A DNA stretch of 64,000 nt from Lama guanicoe. Taxonomy: Eukaryota. Each line of letters opens with the position of its first letter. Position 1 is the stretch's first letter. The stretch lies in NCBI GenBank assembly GCA_013239625.1, contig MU053487.1, positions 434,001 to 498,000 on the forward strand, in the 5' to 3' direction. Shown here in pieces: positions 1 to 13,098 of the stretch. The notes below the pieces were generated by a model. It did not search any database. It saw only the letters and a program-made list of their open reading frames with translations, and was not told where the DNA came from. Made by a program: the position numbers and the translations under genes.

Positions 1-173
1 AGGCTTAAAATCATTTATGTCTGGGCAAACTAAAATGCTAAGTAGCAGATCTCTGGGCTGCATTCATTTCCACAATTACAACTGCATTTACAGAAAACTA
101 ATTCTGTTAAATACTATGAGAAAAAAGTCAGTATGTCAAACTGTACAATAATTTTAAAATAAAGTTAACTTAC

Positions 174-252
174 CCATTGCTACATAGGACTTAAATCGTG
201 TTGATAATCTGTCCACAAAGGCACTTAAAATTTCCAATCCCATTAATGACAC
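174..252 (-). CDS. CLASP2: CLASP2 coding exon 2 (79 nt; VSLMGLEILSAFVDRLSTRFKSYVAM + 1 nt), part of the TOG1 domain
   Basis: Minus strand reads polypyrimidine tract tttctttctctctgtag|GTG TCA TTA ATG GGA...GCA ATG G|gtaagt. It continues exon 1 in frame (phase 0), and the peptide matches the CLASP2 N-terminus as I recall it. Confidence 0.96.
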
Positions 253-364
253 CTACAGAGAGAAAGAAATTGTAATGAATACAGATTACTGAGGCATACT
301 TTAATATCAGCATATAATTGTTGACATATAAAGATCTTCATACTACCAAATTTTTTTAAAAAAT

Positions 365-605
365 AGGGAGATTGAAGTATTCAGGGTGAACAGTGGTGAG
401 GTTAGGGCACCCTATTCTCAAATGGTGCAATAATAATAATAAACATAATAGTGTGCAGATGCAGGAAGATAGTGATAGAGCTTATGTGGCAAAATATTAA
501 TACCTGGTAAGTTAGGTGAAGGGTACATAGAAGTTCACTGACTATACCTGAAGCTTTCCTATAATGCAGAAGTGCTTCTTAAATGAAGCTGTTAAGAAAA
601 TTAAA
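365..605 (+). mobile_element. Old L1M (L1MD/ME-like) 3' fragment
   Basis: Degenerate 'atgtggcaaaatattaa...ggtgaagggtacatagaagttcactg' L1M 3'UTR motif. Confidence 0.55.
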
Positions 606-624
606 AGAGCATCTTTAATTATAG

Positions 625-1520
625 AGGCATTCCAGCTTCTGTCTAAGATGAAGAAATTGGAAAAAAAAATCACTCCCACTGTAAACAAGAAAAAGCCAAA
701 TAATCTACAAAACCATAACTATTCTTGAAGCCATCAGGAAGCTAAAGTTGCAGAATAATCATCTAGCCTGAAAGCTTACGACAGACAAGGAGAGACGGGA
801 CATAAGCAGTAGGTCGCACATGGCAGAGGACAGAAAGAAGATAAATCCATAGTGGGTAAAAGAAATTCAGCTATGTTCAACTCATTGTTAATAAGCTGAG
901 CATGGGCTAGCAAGAGAATACAGAATCCTGTTAGCTGCAGACACAAGGAGAGTTCATGCCCACTTGCAGGCTCTTTCTCTACAAACCTCTACTGGACATA
1001 TAATCAAGACAGAGGACAGGGCAGGAGATTAGAGAAAGTCTCTGGTGGTTACAGGTCTCGGAAGAAGGGAGCAGCTGCTTCTGCAGGAAAAGCACAAACC
1101 TTTCCCATTTCCTCGTCCTACAAGAAACAAAAGTTTGAAGCTACTGAGGGAAAGACAAACTGTCACCTTCTAGGACACAGATAAAAACTCACAGCTATTA
1201 AGTAAAGAGAAAAAGGGAAAAAAGCCTTCTACCTCAGGAGTAGGGGCTGGGTTCTAATGATTATAGGTTTCCAGTTGAGAAGAGGCAGAATCTCTGATAG
1301 AGCCTCACCTTCAAGACGCAAGGACAGAGAGCTCCTAAGACTGAAGCTGGACCAGGAAAGCAGAACAGCCCCACTCCCCATAAATCAGCCAGCAGCAAGA
1401 ACAGAGTCAGAAGCAACAGCAGTCCACCACCAGGGAAGGAGGAAATACAGAGAAACCCCTCTAGGAAGTGCAAGGAAAAAGAAGGCCTAAAGCATAGGGT
1501 GGAGCAGCAACACTGAGGAC
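625..1520 (+). mobile_element. Old L1M 5'-region fragment
   Basis: Begins 'ttccagcttctgtctaagatg...' and is purine-rich, like ancient L1M 5' ends. Confidence 0.4.
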
Positions 1521-2065
1521 CCAACAATTCCACTGCTAGGTATATACCCAAAGGAATTAAAGCAGGACGCAAACAGACGCTTGTGTGCCAATGTTCATTA
1601 CACATCATTCATTAGAGCCCAAAGGTGGAAAGCTCAAATGTCCATCAACTGTTGAATGAATTAAAAAAAAATGTAGTACATATGCAACCAATCCCATATT
1701 ATTTGGCCATAAATAGTAATGACTGACACATGCTAAAACATGGATGTACCTTGAAAACACTGTAAGTGAAAAAGGCAGTCACAAATGGCCACACGTTGTG
1801 TGATTCAACTTATACGAAGTGTCCATAATAAGTAAATCCACAGAGACAGGAAGGAGATTAGTGGTTGCTTAGGACTAGTGGATGTGGAGGGGTAGGGAGA
1901 TAACAGCTAAAGGACACAGGGTTCTTTGTGAAGTGATGAAAATGTTCTAAAACTATGCTGATGGCTGTGCATACGTACAAATATCCTAAAAATCAATGAG
2001 CTGTTCACTTCAAATGAGTGAGCTGTATAATATGTGAATTATGTCAATAAAACTATTAAAAACAT
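1521..2065 (+). mobile_element. L1MB-like 3' end
   Basis: 'caattccactgctaggtatatacccaaagg...atggatgtaccttgaaaacac...tatgtgaattatgtcaataaaact'. Confidence 0.8.
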
Positions 2066-2149
2066 AACAAAGTGCACAGACACCCTCACACACATGAAAT
2101 TTAATAGATGATAAAAGCAGTATCTCAAATCAGCAGGAAAAACATGTAC

Positions 2150-3625
2150 TCTTAGTAAGATCTCACTTAGGAATCTATCCCTAAGATATACCTGCAAAAT
2201 TATGAGAAAACAAAGATTATTCATTGCAAGAGACCAGAAACTACCCAAACATTCACCAGTATGGGGCAGATTCAAATATTTATGGTACAGCTACACTACA
2301 GAGTACTGACACTAAAAATCAAAATGAGGGCTACCTAACTTCTGCTATGTAATGATATTCAAAATATATTAAGTGAAAAAAGCAAGTTGGAGAAATGTAT
2401 GTGTATATATAAAAAGGGGACTACAAGTATAGTTACAAGTAACAATGGAAAGATAATCAGAAAAAAAAATTAATGGTTGGGAATAGACTATAAGGAAAAG
2501 AGAAAGAAACCAGACTATTTTGAATACACCATCTTTGTAGCAATAATTAATCTCACTGAAAATGAAATAAAATAAGCGAACCTAATTCTATACCCAATTC
2601 GTAGAATAACACAGAAGACTATTTCAAGTGATTTTAAAATACAGCAATTTGACTCTGGTGGGATATACCCTGAGGACAAAAACAAAACTCTGTGAAAAAG
2701 AAACTGTCAATGTTTCTAGAAATTTTGTTGATAGAGGTACATATAGATGGAAAATATATAGTAGTAAAAATTGCAGTCCTGAATCTGTATTAGAGTATCA
2801 GTATGAACTCATGTTCTATTTTTCTTTAAAATTAAATGAAGCCTAACCCTATCATTGATAAAAATCCAGAAACAATGATCAAATGAGTAACAATACGTTC
2901 CATTAGCACCCAGACCATAGTTTCCACAAACCATTTCCCTCTAAGAGGAACCAGAGCTTCTTGGAGAAGTGGCTGATTCCAAGGCAGGAGTAGGAAGTAT
3001 GGTCTCTCATGATGCCAGATAGCAAAAAGATACTATCAAAGATTATTAGGGTCATGTGATAGGACGGTTTGGATATTAATAAGGATAATAACTATTGTCT
3101 TGAAATGCACTAAATATATTTAAAAGAGTTCATAATGATAACAAAAACTATCTGGCTAATACTGGAGAATGCTAGTTATTTTTACCTATTTTGGCAATTA
3201 GTAAATGAAGAGTCATAAACTATACCTGACTCTCTATATAAACTATACCACTAGGTAACCAAATAGTAGTAAATGGGGGAAGTTTCTCTAAAAAAGTATT
3301 CCAGCTAATGTATGAATGACATAATTAGAATATCATTCTGCAAACCCTAATGAATTAAGAGATCCGAACACTGGACATTAATGTCTGATAACACCATGAA
3401 GAGACTCTCGGACCTCATGCGCCTTCCTAATGTCACATGCCAGCTGGTGGAAGAAGAGTATTACTTATGTAGTCTTCCATCATCTTACCGGAAATACAGA
3501 GGCAACAAACATCACAGGAATGAAATTAGCAAAATTCAGACTTTGGGAAACTCTACCACAAGTAAAATACAAGGCTTTCAAAAAACAGACACTGAGGGAG
3601 AAACAGATTAAGAGTCTTAATAAAT
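2150..3625 (+). mobile_element. Degenerate L1MC/ME-like 3' fragments
   Basis: Patchy L1 3'UTR-like motifs (e.g. 'aggaatctatccctaag', 'aaacattcaccagtatgggg'). Confidence 0.45.
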
Positions 3626-4143
3626 ACGGTAGCCGAGGTAAGAATAATGGCCTCCCAAAGGTGTTCATGTCCTAACCCCCAGAATCTGTGAGTATGTTAC
3701 CTACATGGCAAAAAACAACTTCAAAGATGTGGGTAAGAATCTTAAGGTGGGGAAATCACCCTGAGATTATCCTGGGCCCGAAAGCCCTTATAAGAGAGAA
3801 GCCAGACAGTCAGTCAGAGTCCAAGATGTGATGACAGAACAGTGGTCAGAAAGATCTGAAGATGCTATATTGCTGGCTTTGAAGGCAGAAGAAAAGCCCA
3901 AAGGCAAGAAATGTAGGCAGCTTCTACAAGCTGGAAAATTCTCTAATGTCTCCAGAAGAAATACAATCCTGTTGAAACCTTGATTTTATTCCAATAAAAC
4001 CCACTGTGGACTTCTGACCTCCAGAACTGTAAGAAAATAAATGTGTGTTGTTTTAAGATACTAAGTGTGTGGTAAATTGTTCTTCTTTTTTCCTACCTTA
4101 AGTGTGTGGTAAATTGTTAAAGCACCAATAGGAAACTAATACA
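3626..4143 (+). mobile_element. MaLR LTR (MLT1D-like)
   Basis: 'aataatggcctcccaaag...cccagaatctgtgagtatgttac...gacttctgacctccagaactgtaag...ataggaaactaataca'. Confidence 0.85.
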
Positions 4144-5268
4144 CTAATGAATCACAATGTGTGACTCTCATTTGGATCCTGATTTTTCTTAAAATAACTA
4201 ATTTTAAAATGTGTATGACATTTTTAGAAACTGGAAATTTGAACCCTGGATACTTGATAGCAAGGGATTTTTTTTTAATGTATAATATTACGGAGATTAT
4301 ACTAACTTTTTTCTAAAGAGCACTTATCTTGAGACACTAACTAGAAAGACTTACAAATGAAACAATGTACCTGTGATTTGTGACAAATTCAATATTATAA
4401 AGATATTAAGTCTTCCCCTCAAAAGATGATATTCAATGTAATTCGAATAAGAAATCACAATTTTTTGGTGCAACTTGACTAGCTGATTCTGAAATTCACA
4501 TGGGATAGTAAATAAAGACCCAGTGATAGCCAGCACACTCCCAAGGAATCTCATGGGTGAATGTGACAAACTAAATACCAAGATTTAGCATGCAGCTACA
4601 AACAACTTTCCTGAATTTCCATGTGGACATCTTTTGGTTTAGCCTGTATCATGGCTAAGAATTCTTTAAAGAGAATATTAAAACCCTCAAAAAAGAAGAA
4701 AAAACAACTAGAGCAATATTCCAATTTTCTCCTCACCACTTCCTTAGGAACTCAAATGCCTCCATTCAGATCCTTTGAAATAAAAAAGCAAAAATAATGT
4801 ACTTATATAATATAAAATATTATATATAATATAAAATATATTAAAATTATAAAATATAAAAGGAAAAATAACACTTTCTAACAGGTAGAAAAACAGAAAC
4901 TCTAAAAAGCAAATTCTGAGCTAACACTAAGCTTAAATTTTAGGGTATTTTTAAGTTATAAGACTGAAATTTTCAAAAATGTACAAAATGTTATTAATCC
5001 TGAGAAGTCCCAGAAACTTTAGGGTCATTTTCGCGTTCTCTTTTTTTCTCTCTCTCCCTTTTTACCTCTGAATCACAAGTCCTTGAACATATCTGAGTAA
5101 TCTGATGTCAGTAAACTCACATGCAAGTTGTCATCTTGGTTACAGAGTTTTAATTCAATATAATATTTAATCTTCCAAATGGTTAAAATCAGAAATGTTG
5201 TCGATCAACAACAAAGCTAAGCAACTGCATGAGATAGTAATGACCACTTCCAATTTGAGAATCACAAC

Positions 5269-6323
5269 CAACCCGCACACCTATGATCAATAATCTTCCA
5301 CAAAGGAAGCAAGAATATATAATGGAGAAAGACAGCCTCTTTGGCAAGTGGTTTTGGGGCAACCTTGTGTAAATCAATGAAGTTAGAACATTCCCTCACA
5401 CCATACACAAAAATAAATTCAAAATGGCTTCAAGACTAAACATAAGACAAGATATTATAAACCTCCAAGAAGAAAACAGGTAAAACATTCTTCGGCATAA
5501 ATCTTAGCCATGTTCTTCTAGGACAGTCAACCCAGGCAATAAAAATAAAAGCAAAAACAAATAAATGGGACCTAATTAAACTTAGAAGCTTTTGCACAGC
5601 AAAGGAAATCATAAACAAATGAAATATGGACTGGGAGAAAATATTTGCAAATAATGCGACTGACAAGGGCTTAATTTCCAGAACATACAAACAGCTCATA
5701 CAACTCAAAAACAAAAAAGCAAACCCAATCCAAAAATGGGCAGGAGACTTAACTCCAGCGAAGACCTACAAATGGCCAAAAGGCACATGAAAAAATGCTC
5801 AATATCCTAATTATCAGAGAAATGCAAATCAAAACTACAATGAGGTATCACCTCACACTGATCAGAAAGGCCATCATTAAAAAGTCCACAAACAATAAAT
5901 GCTGAAGGTGTGGAGAAAAGGGAACCCTCCTACACTGCCGGTAGGAATGCAGTTTGGTGCAGCCATTATGGAAAATAGTAAAGAGATTCCTTAAAAAAAA
6001 AACTGCAAATAGACTTACCCTATGATCCAGCAACCCTACTCCTAGGCATATATCCAGAGGAAAACTATAATTTGAAAAGATACGTGCACCCCAATGTTCA
6101 TAGCAGCACCATTTACAACAGCCAAGATATGCAAGGAATGTCCATCGACAGATGACTGGATAAATTAGTTGTGGTATATACATAACTGAATACTACCCAG
6201 CCATAAAAAAGAATAAAATAATGCCATATGCTGCAACATGGATGGGCACGGAGACTGTCATACTAAGTCAAGTAGGCCAGGCAGAGAGAGAGAGAAGTAT
6301 CTCATGATATCACTTATATGTGG

Positions 6324-6354
<31 letters not shown>

Positions 6355-6691
6355 GAAGTAAAGAAAAGGACACAAATGAACTTAACTGCAGAACAAAAAC
6401 AGACTCAAAGACATAGAAAATAAAATTATGGTTACGGGGGGGGTGGGGAGGTGGGGGGATAATTGGGAGTTCGGGATTTGCAGATACTAACTATTATATA
6501 TAAAACAGATAAACAATAAGGTCTTACTGTGTAACACAGGGCACTATATTCAACATCTTATAATAGCCTATAATGAAAAAATACCTGAAAAGGAATATCT
6601 ATCTATACATGTATAACTGAATCACTTTGCTGTACACCAGAAATTAATACAACATTGTAAACTAACTATACTTCAATTAAAAAAATAAAAA
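5269..6691 (+). mobile_element. Young 5'-truncated L1 (end of ORF2, disrupted, plus 3'UTR and A-tail)
   Basis: L1 ORF2 3' motifs and 3'UTR; TSD agaatcacaac at 5258-5268 and 6692-6702. Confidence 0.93.
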
Positions 6692-9149
6692 AGAATCACA
6701 ACTAGGAACTTTCCATGTAAAAGTCAGAAAGCCTGACAAGTTTTCGAGATGTAGGAAGGACATAAGCTTAATTCACAGTCAAGGACTTTTTCCATCATAG
6801 GTGGAACTGAAAAAAAGACAAGTATTATTGATAGTAAGCATACTCTGGTAATGTTTCTCTCGTTAGGAAATATTGTAAGTTGACAGGACCTTTTTTCTCT
6901 AAATATTAACTCAGCATCTAAGAAAATGGGTAGAAGAATGGGATAAAATAATTGACAAGTGGACATATATGCACAGACCAAATGAGTAAAACACGATGGC
7001 TTACAAATTTTGAAAACCTGAAGAGAAATACCAGATTACTTTCATATAAATATATAAATAAAAGTATTTCCCTCAAAAAAGGAGGGAAACAAACAACTTA
7101 AAGATACTGATTAACTCTAGGTAGAACGAGGGGAACTAGACAGGAAATATAATCCAGTATTTCCACTTCTAGACACATACCAAGAACAATTATTCTCACT
7201 GGAGACAACTCTTCCCTGGAGCTGTGCAGCCCAAGGGTATGTGGCCATTCATGTAAATAAAAACTGTATTTGAAGTTATCAGGGCCTAGAACTTAACCTG
7301 TGTGGGTATGTGTGCATGATTTTAGTGTATGAGTTTCTCCAAGAACGCAGCAGCAGGTAAATCAAGGGACAAGTGTGTTTTCACTTACTGACTCAACAAA
7401 TTACTCAGAGCCTCCCATGAGATAAACGCTGGAAGACGGGTACATACAGTAATGGGCATCTTAAGAAATTCCAATTCCTTCCATTTTTACAGTGAGGTAG
7501 ACAGTAAGGCCATCAGCTGACACTGATGATGGAAGAAGAGCTACTGATAGGGCTGAGAGGAGAGGAACAGATGTGGAATAGTTGTCTAAATGAAAGAACG
7601 AATCAAGTAAGAAAAGACAGGATGGCTGCCAGGCACCATTAAGAACCCACGTGAAGGTCAGAAATTTGAAATCAAATCAATTGGCAGTTTTGTATTTTTC
7701 TCCATCCACCTTCTGTTGCACTGGTGCAGGTGTAAGGTAGGTAGAATTGGATTCTCAGGACTGCACTTTATCAAAGGAGAATCACAAAATGAAAGTGAGG
7801 AGGGAGAAGAGAATTGAAAACAAATGTAAAGGTGTGACTGACCAGGATATTTAAACTTCGACAAGAGGGAGAATGAGACAGTTAAAAGTTATATGGACTA
7901 GGAAGTCACATGGGGTGGTCAAACCCTTTAAAGGGCTGTGCTCAAAGAAATAAGGTTCAGAATTTAAAAGATTTCTAGAATATCACAATCACCAACAGTA
8001 ATGCCACTTGCGAAGTCTGAATCCCAGCAACCACACACCTGTAGTGGTCTGAACTGGCAGTGGTAGCAATTACAGCAATATGTACTGGTGCAGCCATCTG
8101 ACTACCAGTATGTCTCCTTGGGCAGTCAGGCTGGCACATTTACATACTGAAATATATTTCACCTCATTATAAATTATGTGTAATTTTCCTTTATAGTACA
8201 GTTAGGAGATTACTGGGATTTTAAGAAATGATGTATATTGAGTATTGGCTGTAAATTTTATTTCAGGATTGTAAAGGGAGCATTACAAGAGGGCACTGAA
8301 TCTGACAGGGTTCAGAAGCACTACCTTAGAGAAACTCTCATGCACATACACAAAGTGACAACATAAAAGGACAATGTGAATAGTAAAAAGTTAACAACAA
8401 CCTGGATGTTCACCCTACATGGCAGGTAAAAGGAAGAGACAAGATCCATATATACAGATAGATTTCACTATTTTTTAAGCAAACTAAAAAATAACGTATT
8501 TTAAGAAAGTGATGGTTTACAAGAAATACAATCAAGGTGACACTCATTGGAAAGTATCGTCTTTTAAATGGCATATGGGCTGTGGTTTTGGATTCCAAGA
8601 AAAGACTTGAAACTTAGGACATGACTTAGCCCTGCACCACACAGTTGTAAATGCTTTTTATCTTTTTCCCCGCTTTTAGAGTCAACTTATGTTATAGTTG
8701 CAGATAGACAAAATAAAAAAGTGAAAGTAGAACTGATAAACGACAGGATATTGAAGAGGTTTACGGAAAGTACAGAAAAGGAAAGGAGTAAAACCCTAAT
8801 CTCCCTAGGTTCAAGTACTCCACCAATTTACCAGGTCTATGACCGAAGGCAAGATTACTTACCTCGTCTTTTCTACAAAATGAGGAAACAGTACTGACTT
8901 TCTAAGGCCATCCTAAAGGTTAAACCAAGACAACGGAAATAAAGCACTTGAGACAATGCTTGACAGTCACTAAGGACTCTTTAAATGGTATCATATTTAA
9001 CTTCATTTTATAAGAGACATTTTATTATTATAATGTCATTCTAAAATCTGGGGACTTCTGAAATCACAGGTCTGTCCTTAGCAAAAGTCAAATGCCAGAC
9101 CATATATCACACACATACACACACACACACACACCCCTATTCCCACATT

Positions 9150-10240
9150 TTTTCTTCATTTATGATTTCTCCACTGAGCTGAAGACTCATCTCAAATTGG
9201 ATGTTAAACAACCTTCTCAGACCTAACTTTTTACTTCCTTCACCCAAATGTTTTCGCAGTCTTCCCCATTTCAGTAAATAGTACCCTCTATTGGTGCCCA
9301 AGCTATGCAATCATCCTTAATTCCTCTCTTAATTCTCATATTCAAAGCAAGAGGAGGAGCTGCTGGCACTATCACCAAATCATAACCCAAATCTTCCACA
9401 TCTCAGGACAGCCAGTGCTACCAAACCAGCCTTAACCACCATCATCTCCCTGCTTCTTCTGCTCATTTACTGTTCACTCCCCACAAAGCAGCCATCCCTC
9501 TACATAAAACCCTCCACCCATTTAGAATAAAATCCTATAAAGCTCTTTCTACCTGCCTCCTCAACTTCATCTTTCTTAATACCTCACTCACTTGAAAACT
9601 CAGCCATGCTGTCCTTGCTGTTCCTCAACAGAACTAGGGTCTCTGCACTGGCAGCTTCCTCGCCTAAAGGCCTTCTTCACTCCAGTATTTTCTTCCTGTC
9701 TGTACTCAAATTTCACCTCACTTCTTTACTTCCAAAATAGTCTCATCTTACCATCATTCTTTGACATCAGTTGATTTATAAGCACTTGTTACATGAAATT
9801 ATCTAATTTGTATAACCATCTGCCTTCCTCTTTCTAATTCGATCTCCGTGACAGCAGGGATCTCACTCTTTCCTCCTTTAAATCACTCTCTCATTGAGGT
9901 CTGAGGACTATATAAAATTCCAACATCTGCATCCGGCCCAATGCTCCTATTCCCTTCACGGCTTTTCTCTAAAGCATTTATCACATCTAACAAACTATAA
10001 TTTTAGGTATTTTGTTTATTCCTCTGCCCCCACGAGAATCTACGCACACAAAAGCAAGGACTTCTGTCTTTTTTTCAGTATTGTATCCTAAGTACCCAGA
10101 AAAGTGCCTGCACATGGTAGGTCCTCCATTAATACCTAAATGAAGCTGAATGAACCTTTCTTGCCTTGTTCACAGATGGGTCCTCAGTATCTAGAATATC
10201 CAGCATATAAGATCACTCAAATTCACTGAAGCAATGATTG
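9150..10240 (+). mobile_element. L2 fragments
   Basis: Pyrimidine-rich L2 3' motifs ending 'gtgcctgcacatggtaggtcctccattaata...tgaatgaa'. Confidence 0.65.
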
Positions 10241-11187
10241 CTATTAAGACAAATTCTGAAGCACTATCAAATTCAAAGAAAAGTTGTATTTTGTTCAGCA
10301 TAATTTGAAATTTAAGTTCATTTCTACTTGTGTGTATGTCCAAAAAATTCTATGATGCCCTTTTTTCAAAAGATTTAAATGTTTCACTGAATCTTGAGTA
10401 AAAAATGATGAGCTAGGTTGGTAACTTAGTTTATAAATCCCAAATAACAAATGAATTAAAATGCTCTCTCCTTAACAATGTCAGAAAAAGCTTTTATACT
10501 ATAGAACTTAGTAGAAAGGAGAGAACTAATGATTTACAAAGAGAGATCAGAACTGATGAATTAATGTGCTTGAGTAGGCAGGTGGGTACAGGATATGCAT
10601 GTCCGCAACACACATGTGGAGGGACTGGTATAACTGAGAAAGACAGATAATTCATTCACTGTAAACATAATTCAGAGAAAACATAATTACATGGGCATAG
10701 CTACAAGGAAGGATGCAGATGAAGTCGTGGGTGCCTGTGGCAGTTTTCTGATTGGTGAAACTGTCTCAGGCTACAGGGGTATCTACGAGGAGCATGGAGA
10801 GAATGTGTAGTAAAGAGATAAGAACTTGGGTCAGACCCCTGATGGATTCTAACTCTTAAGAGCTAGATAAAGGAAAAACATAGCACCGAGTGGAAGTAGT
10901 GCTTAGAGACGTAAAAGATAAAATGGGATATGGCAGTATCACAGATGCCAAGAATATGTTTCAAGAGATGGACTGCTCAGCGGTCATTTACTGATGGTAC
11001 ACCTGAGTGAAACGGCCCAAAGCCAGTTCAACCAAAGCCAGCACAGAGGTTGGCACATCAAAGTTCACTTAGGAAGGGGAGCAAGTATTAACAAAGAGCT
11101 GATTTTCTACAACAGCCTATCTTGAAACATAAAATCAACTACCTTGAGCATGTATGCCCTTTTTACAGTGTAAGTAAATTTAGCTTG

Positions 11188-11325
11188 TTTCTGTACTGCA
11201 CAGGGAACTATGTTCAATATCTTGAAAATATGAAAATGAATATATGTATGCATATGCACGACTGGGACATTGTACTGTACACCAGAGACTGACATTGTAA
11301 TTGACTAGTTCAATTAAAAAAAAAA
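11188..11325 (+). mobile_element. Short L1 3' tail
   Basis: 'cacagggaactatgttcaatatcttg...tgtacaccagagactgacattgtaa' plus poly-A; TSD ttagcttg at 11180-11187 and 11326-11333. Confidence 0.85.
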
Positions 11326-12527
11326 TTAGCTTGCGTCTTCCAAAGAAATAAAACTAATCTCCCAGAGCAATGATATATTCTTAAGTATTAATTTTTCCCG
11401 AGGTTTTTAGAAATAATAGAGACAATATATGATGAAACATTGAGTTGGTTAACTCTCAAACTTTTTATTACCTTTGTAGAAGTCAAATCCTTCCAAAACT
11501 CATGAAAGTTTCACCATTAAGTCTGCATAATAATTCCAGAGTTTGCCTTTCTTCTCTATAATGATAATGCTTTCAGAATACAGCCTATTCTTTGGGCTGG
11601 AAGTATATATTACTAAGAAGAATCACTTCATCCACGGGAGATTTGGGCCAGCATTTTAAAGCAACACTGCCACCAGAAGACTAGAAAAAAAGTTACTGCT
11701 AAAAACTACAGCACAGGCTAATTACTGAATATACCTGGTCTCCCAACGTGGCTACATTACAGCCTGCCTACTACTGGCTCTTAAGAACATTCCTTCTTGT
11801 ACCTCATGTTTTTTTTTTTCTTTTCAGCATCAGCTCACCTGCTACAGCACGGTTTCAAATCCGAGTCAGTCAACTGCGGCAAAACAAAGCGACAGAGAGC
11901 ACTCGACTGCTTTCCGCCGACAATAAACAAAAAGCAGATAAATAATGCCAGGGGGTCAGCATCTTTTCATTAGATTCAACGGTAAATTTAACCAGGCACC
12001 TTGTTAAGCTCTAAAGATGACTTAGAGACGAAAAGCACAACCTTCCAGATACAAAAAAATTATATAAGAAAAGAGGTGCGATTAAGTAGGATAAAAACGA
12101 TTAATTAAGGATTAACTTGACAGCCCTTCTCAATTTAAAATCCGTATCTTAATGTCCTATGTCTTGGTCTGGGTAGTGTTTACATAGGTACGTACAAATG
12201 TAAAACTTCTCCGAGGCTTTTACATACGTAAATTATCCCTGATTTTTAAAATAAGTGATGAAACATTAGATCCTAGTGCCTAAGAACGGTTTCAGGGAAT
12301 CGCTGAATTTGTCATTGTTCACAACTGCGGAAAAAGTTGGTCGTGGTGGGAAATCGGTCTCCGGCTCGCGGTCGCCAATGGGTGCGCGTCCGGGGACCCC
12401 GAGTCCATGGGGCGGTTCCGAAGCGCCTCCCCCCAACCCAGGGGCTCGCCTGAGCGGACGCGCACGTCGGTCATTAAAGGGCTGGCCGGGGAGGGCGTGC
12501 CTGGCCTGGCGCGCCGCCGCCGCTTAC

Positions 12528-12722
12528 CCGGTAGTTGCTCGAGCCCACCCAGCCGGTGAGAGCATCCACCGTCTTGCCCAGACGGCCCATGTCGTCCTCC
12601 AGGTCTGGGATGGCGCCGGGGGTGCTGAGGTAGAGCAGCAACTCCTGGCCGACCTGCAGGCGGCCGCCGACGTCCTTCTGCTGCACCTGGGCGCTGAAGT
12701 ACTCCATGCTGCGGGGCTCCAT
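12528..12722 (-). CDS. CLASP2: CLASP2 coding exon 1 of the long (alpha, TOG1-containing) isoform, 65 codons MEPRSMEYFSAQVQQKDVGGRLQVGQELLLYLSTPGAIPDLEDDMGRLGKTVDALTGWVGSSNYR
   Basis: ATG in strong Kozak context (gcggccATGG) at 12722; 195 nt ending CGG|gtaagc at a canonical donor; peptide recognisable as the CLASP2 N-terminus; lies within a CpG island. Confidence 0.97.
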
Positions 12723-12956
12723 GGCCGCGGCCGCCCGCCCGCCCGCCCGCCCGGGAGGGGCCAACTTTCGCCGAGCGCCGCCCAGCCGCCAGCGAGGGTC
12801 CCCGCGGGAACGGGCCGAACGCGCTCGGTCCGGCGGAGACGCGGTTTGCGGGGCGCGGCGGGCGGCGGGAGCAGCGCCAGGCGCCGAGCGGCCCCCAAAC
12901 TACTCAAACTCGGCGCCCCCCGCGCCCCAGCCCGCTTCAGAGGCCGCGGCCGCCGG

Positions 12957-12983
12957 CGACGTCAGCACGCGCGTGACGTCAGC
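12957..12983. promoter_or_regulatory. CRE/ATF module: full TGACGTCA (12974-12981) and CGACGTCA (12957-12964)
   Basis: Motifs read directly, ~250 bp upstream of the CLASP2 ATG; function is inferred. Confidence 0.65.
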
Positions 12984-13098
12984 GCGACGCCGACGAGCGA
13001 CTAGCCGTCCTGACTCCGGCTTCGCGGCGGCGGCAGCGGCGCCGACCGCTGGGGGCAGTGGGACTTCTTGGGGGGAATCTCGGGTCAGACCCCGGGGA

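Larger units (their letters stand above)
253..12527 (-). other. CLASP2: CLASP2 intron 1 (12,275 nt, GT-AG, phase 0)
   Basis: Donor gtaagc at 12527-12522 and acceptor ctgtag ending at 253; joining them gives the continuous frame ...NYR|VSLM... Confidence 0.9.

Noticed and set aside
12474..12527. C-terminal tail VSGGGAPGQARPPRPAL of the 96-aa ORF
   Set aside because: Read-through into intron 1 past the canonical donor.
12524..12907. 127-aa minus-strand ORF overlapping CLASP2 exon 1 out of frame
   Set aside because: TTG start, and its stop lies within the splice donor; consistent with a GC-content artefact.
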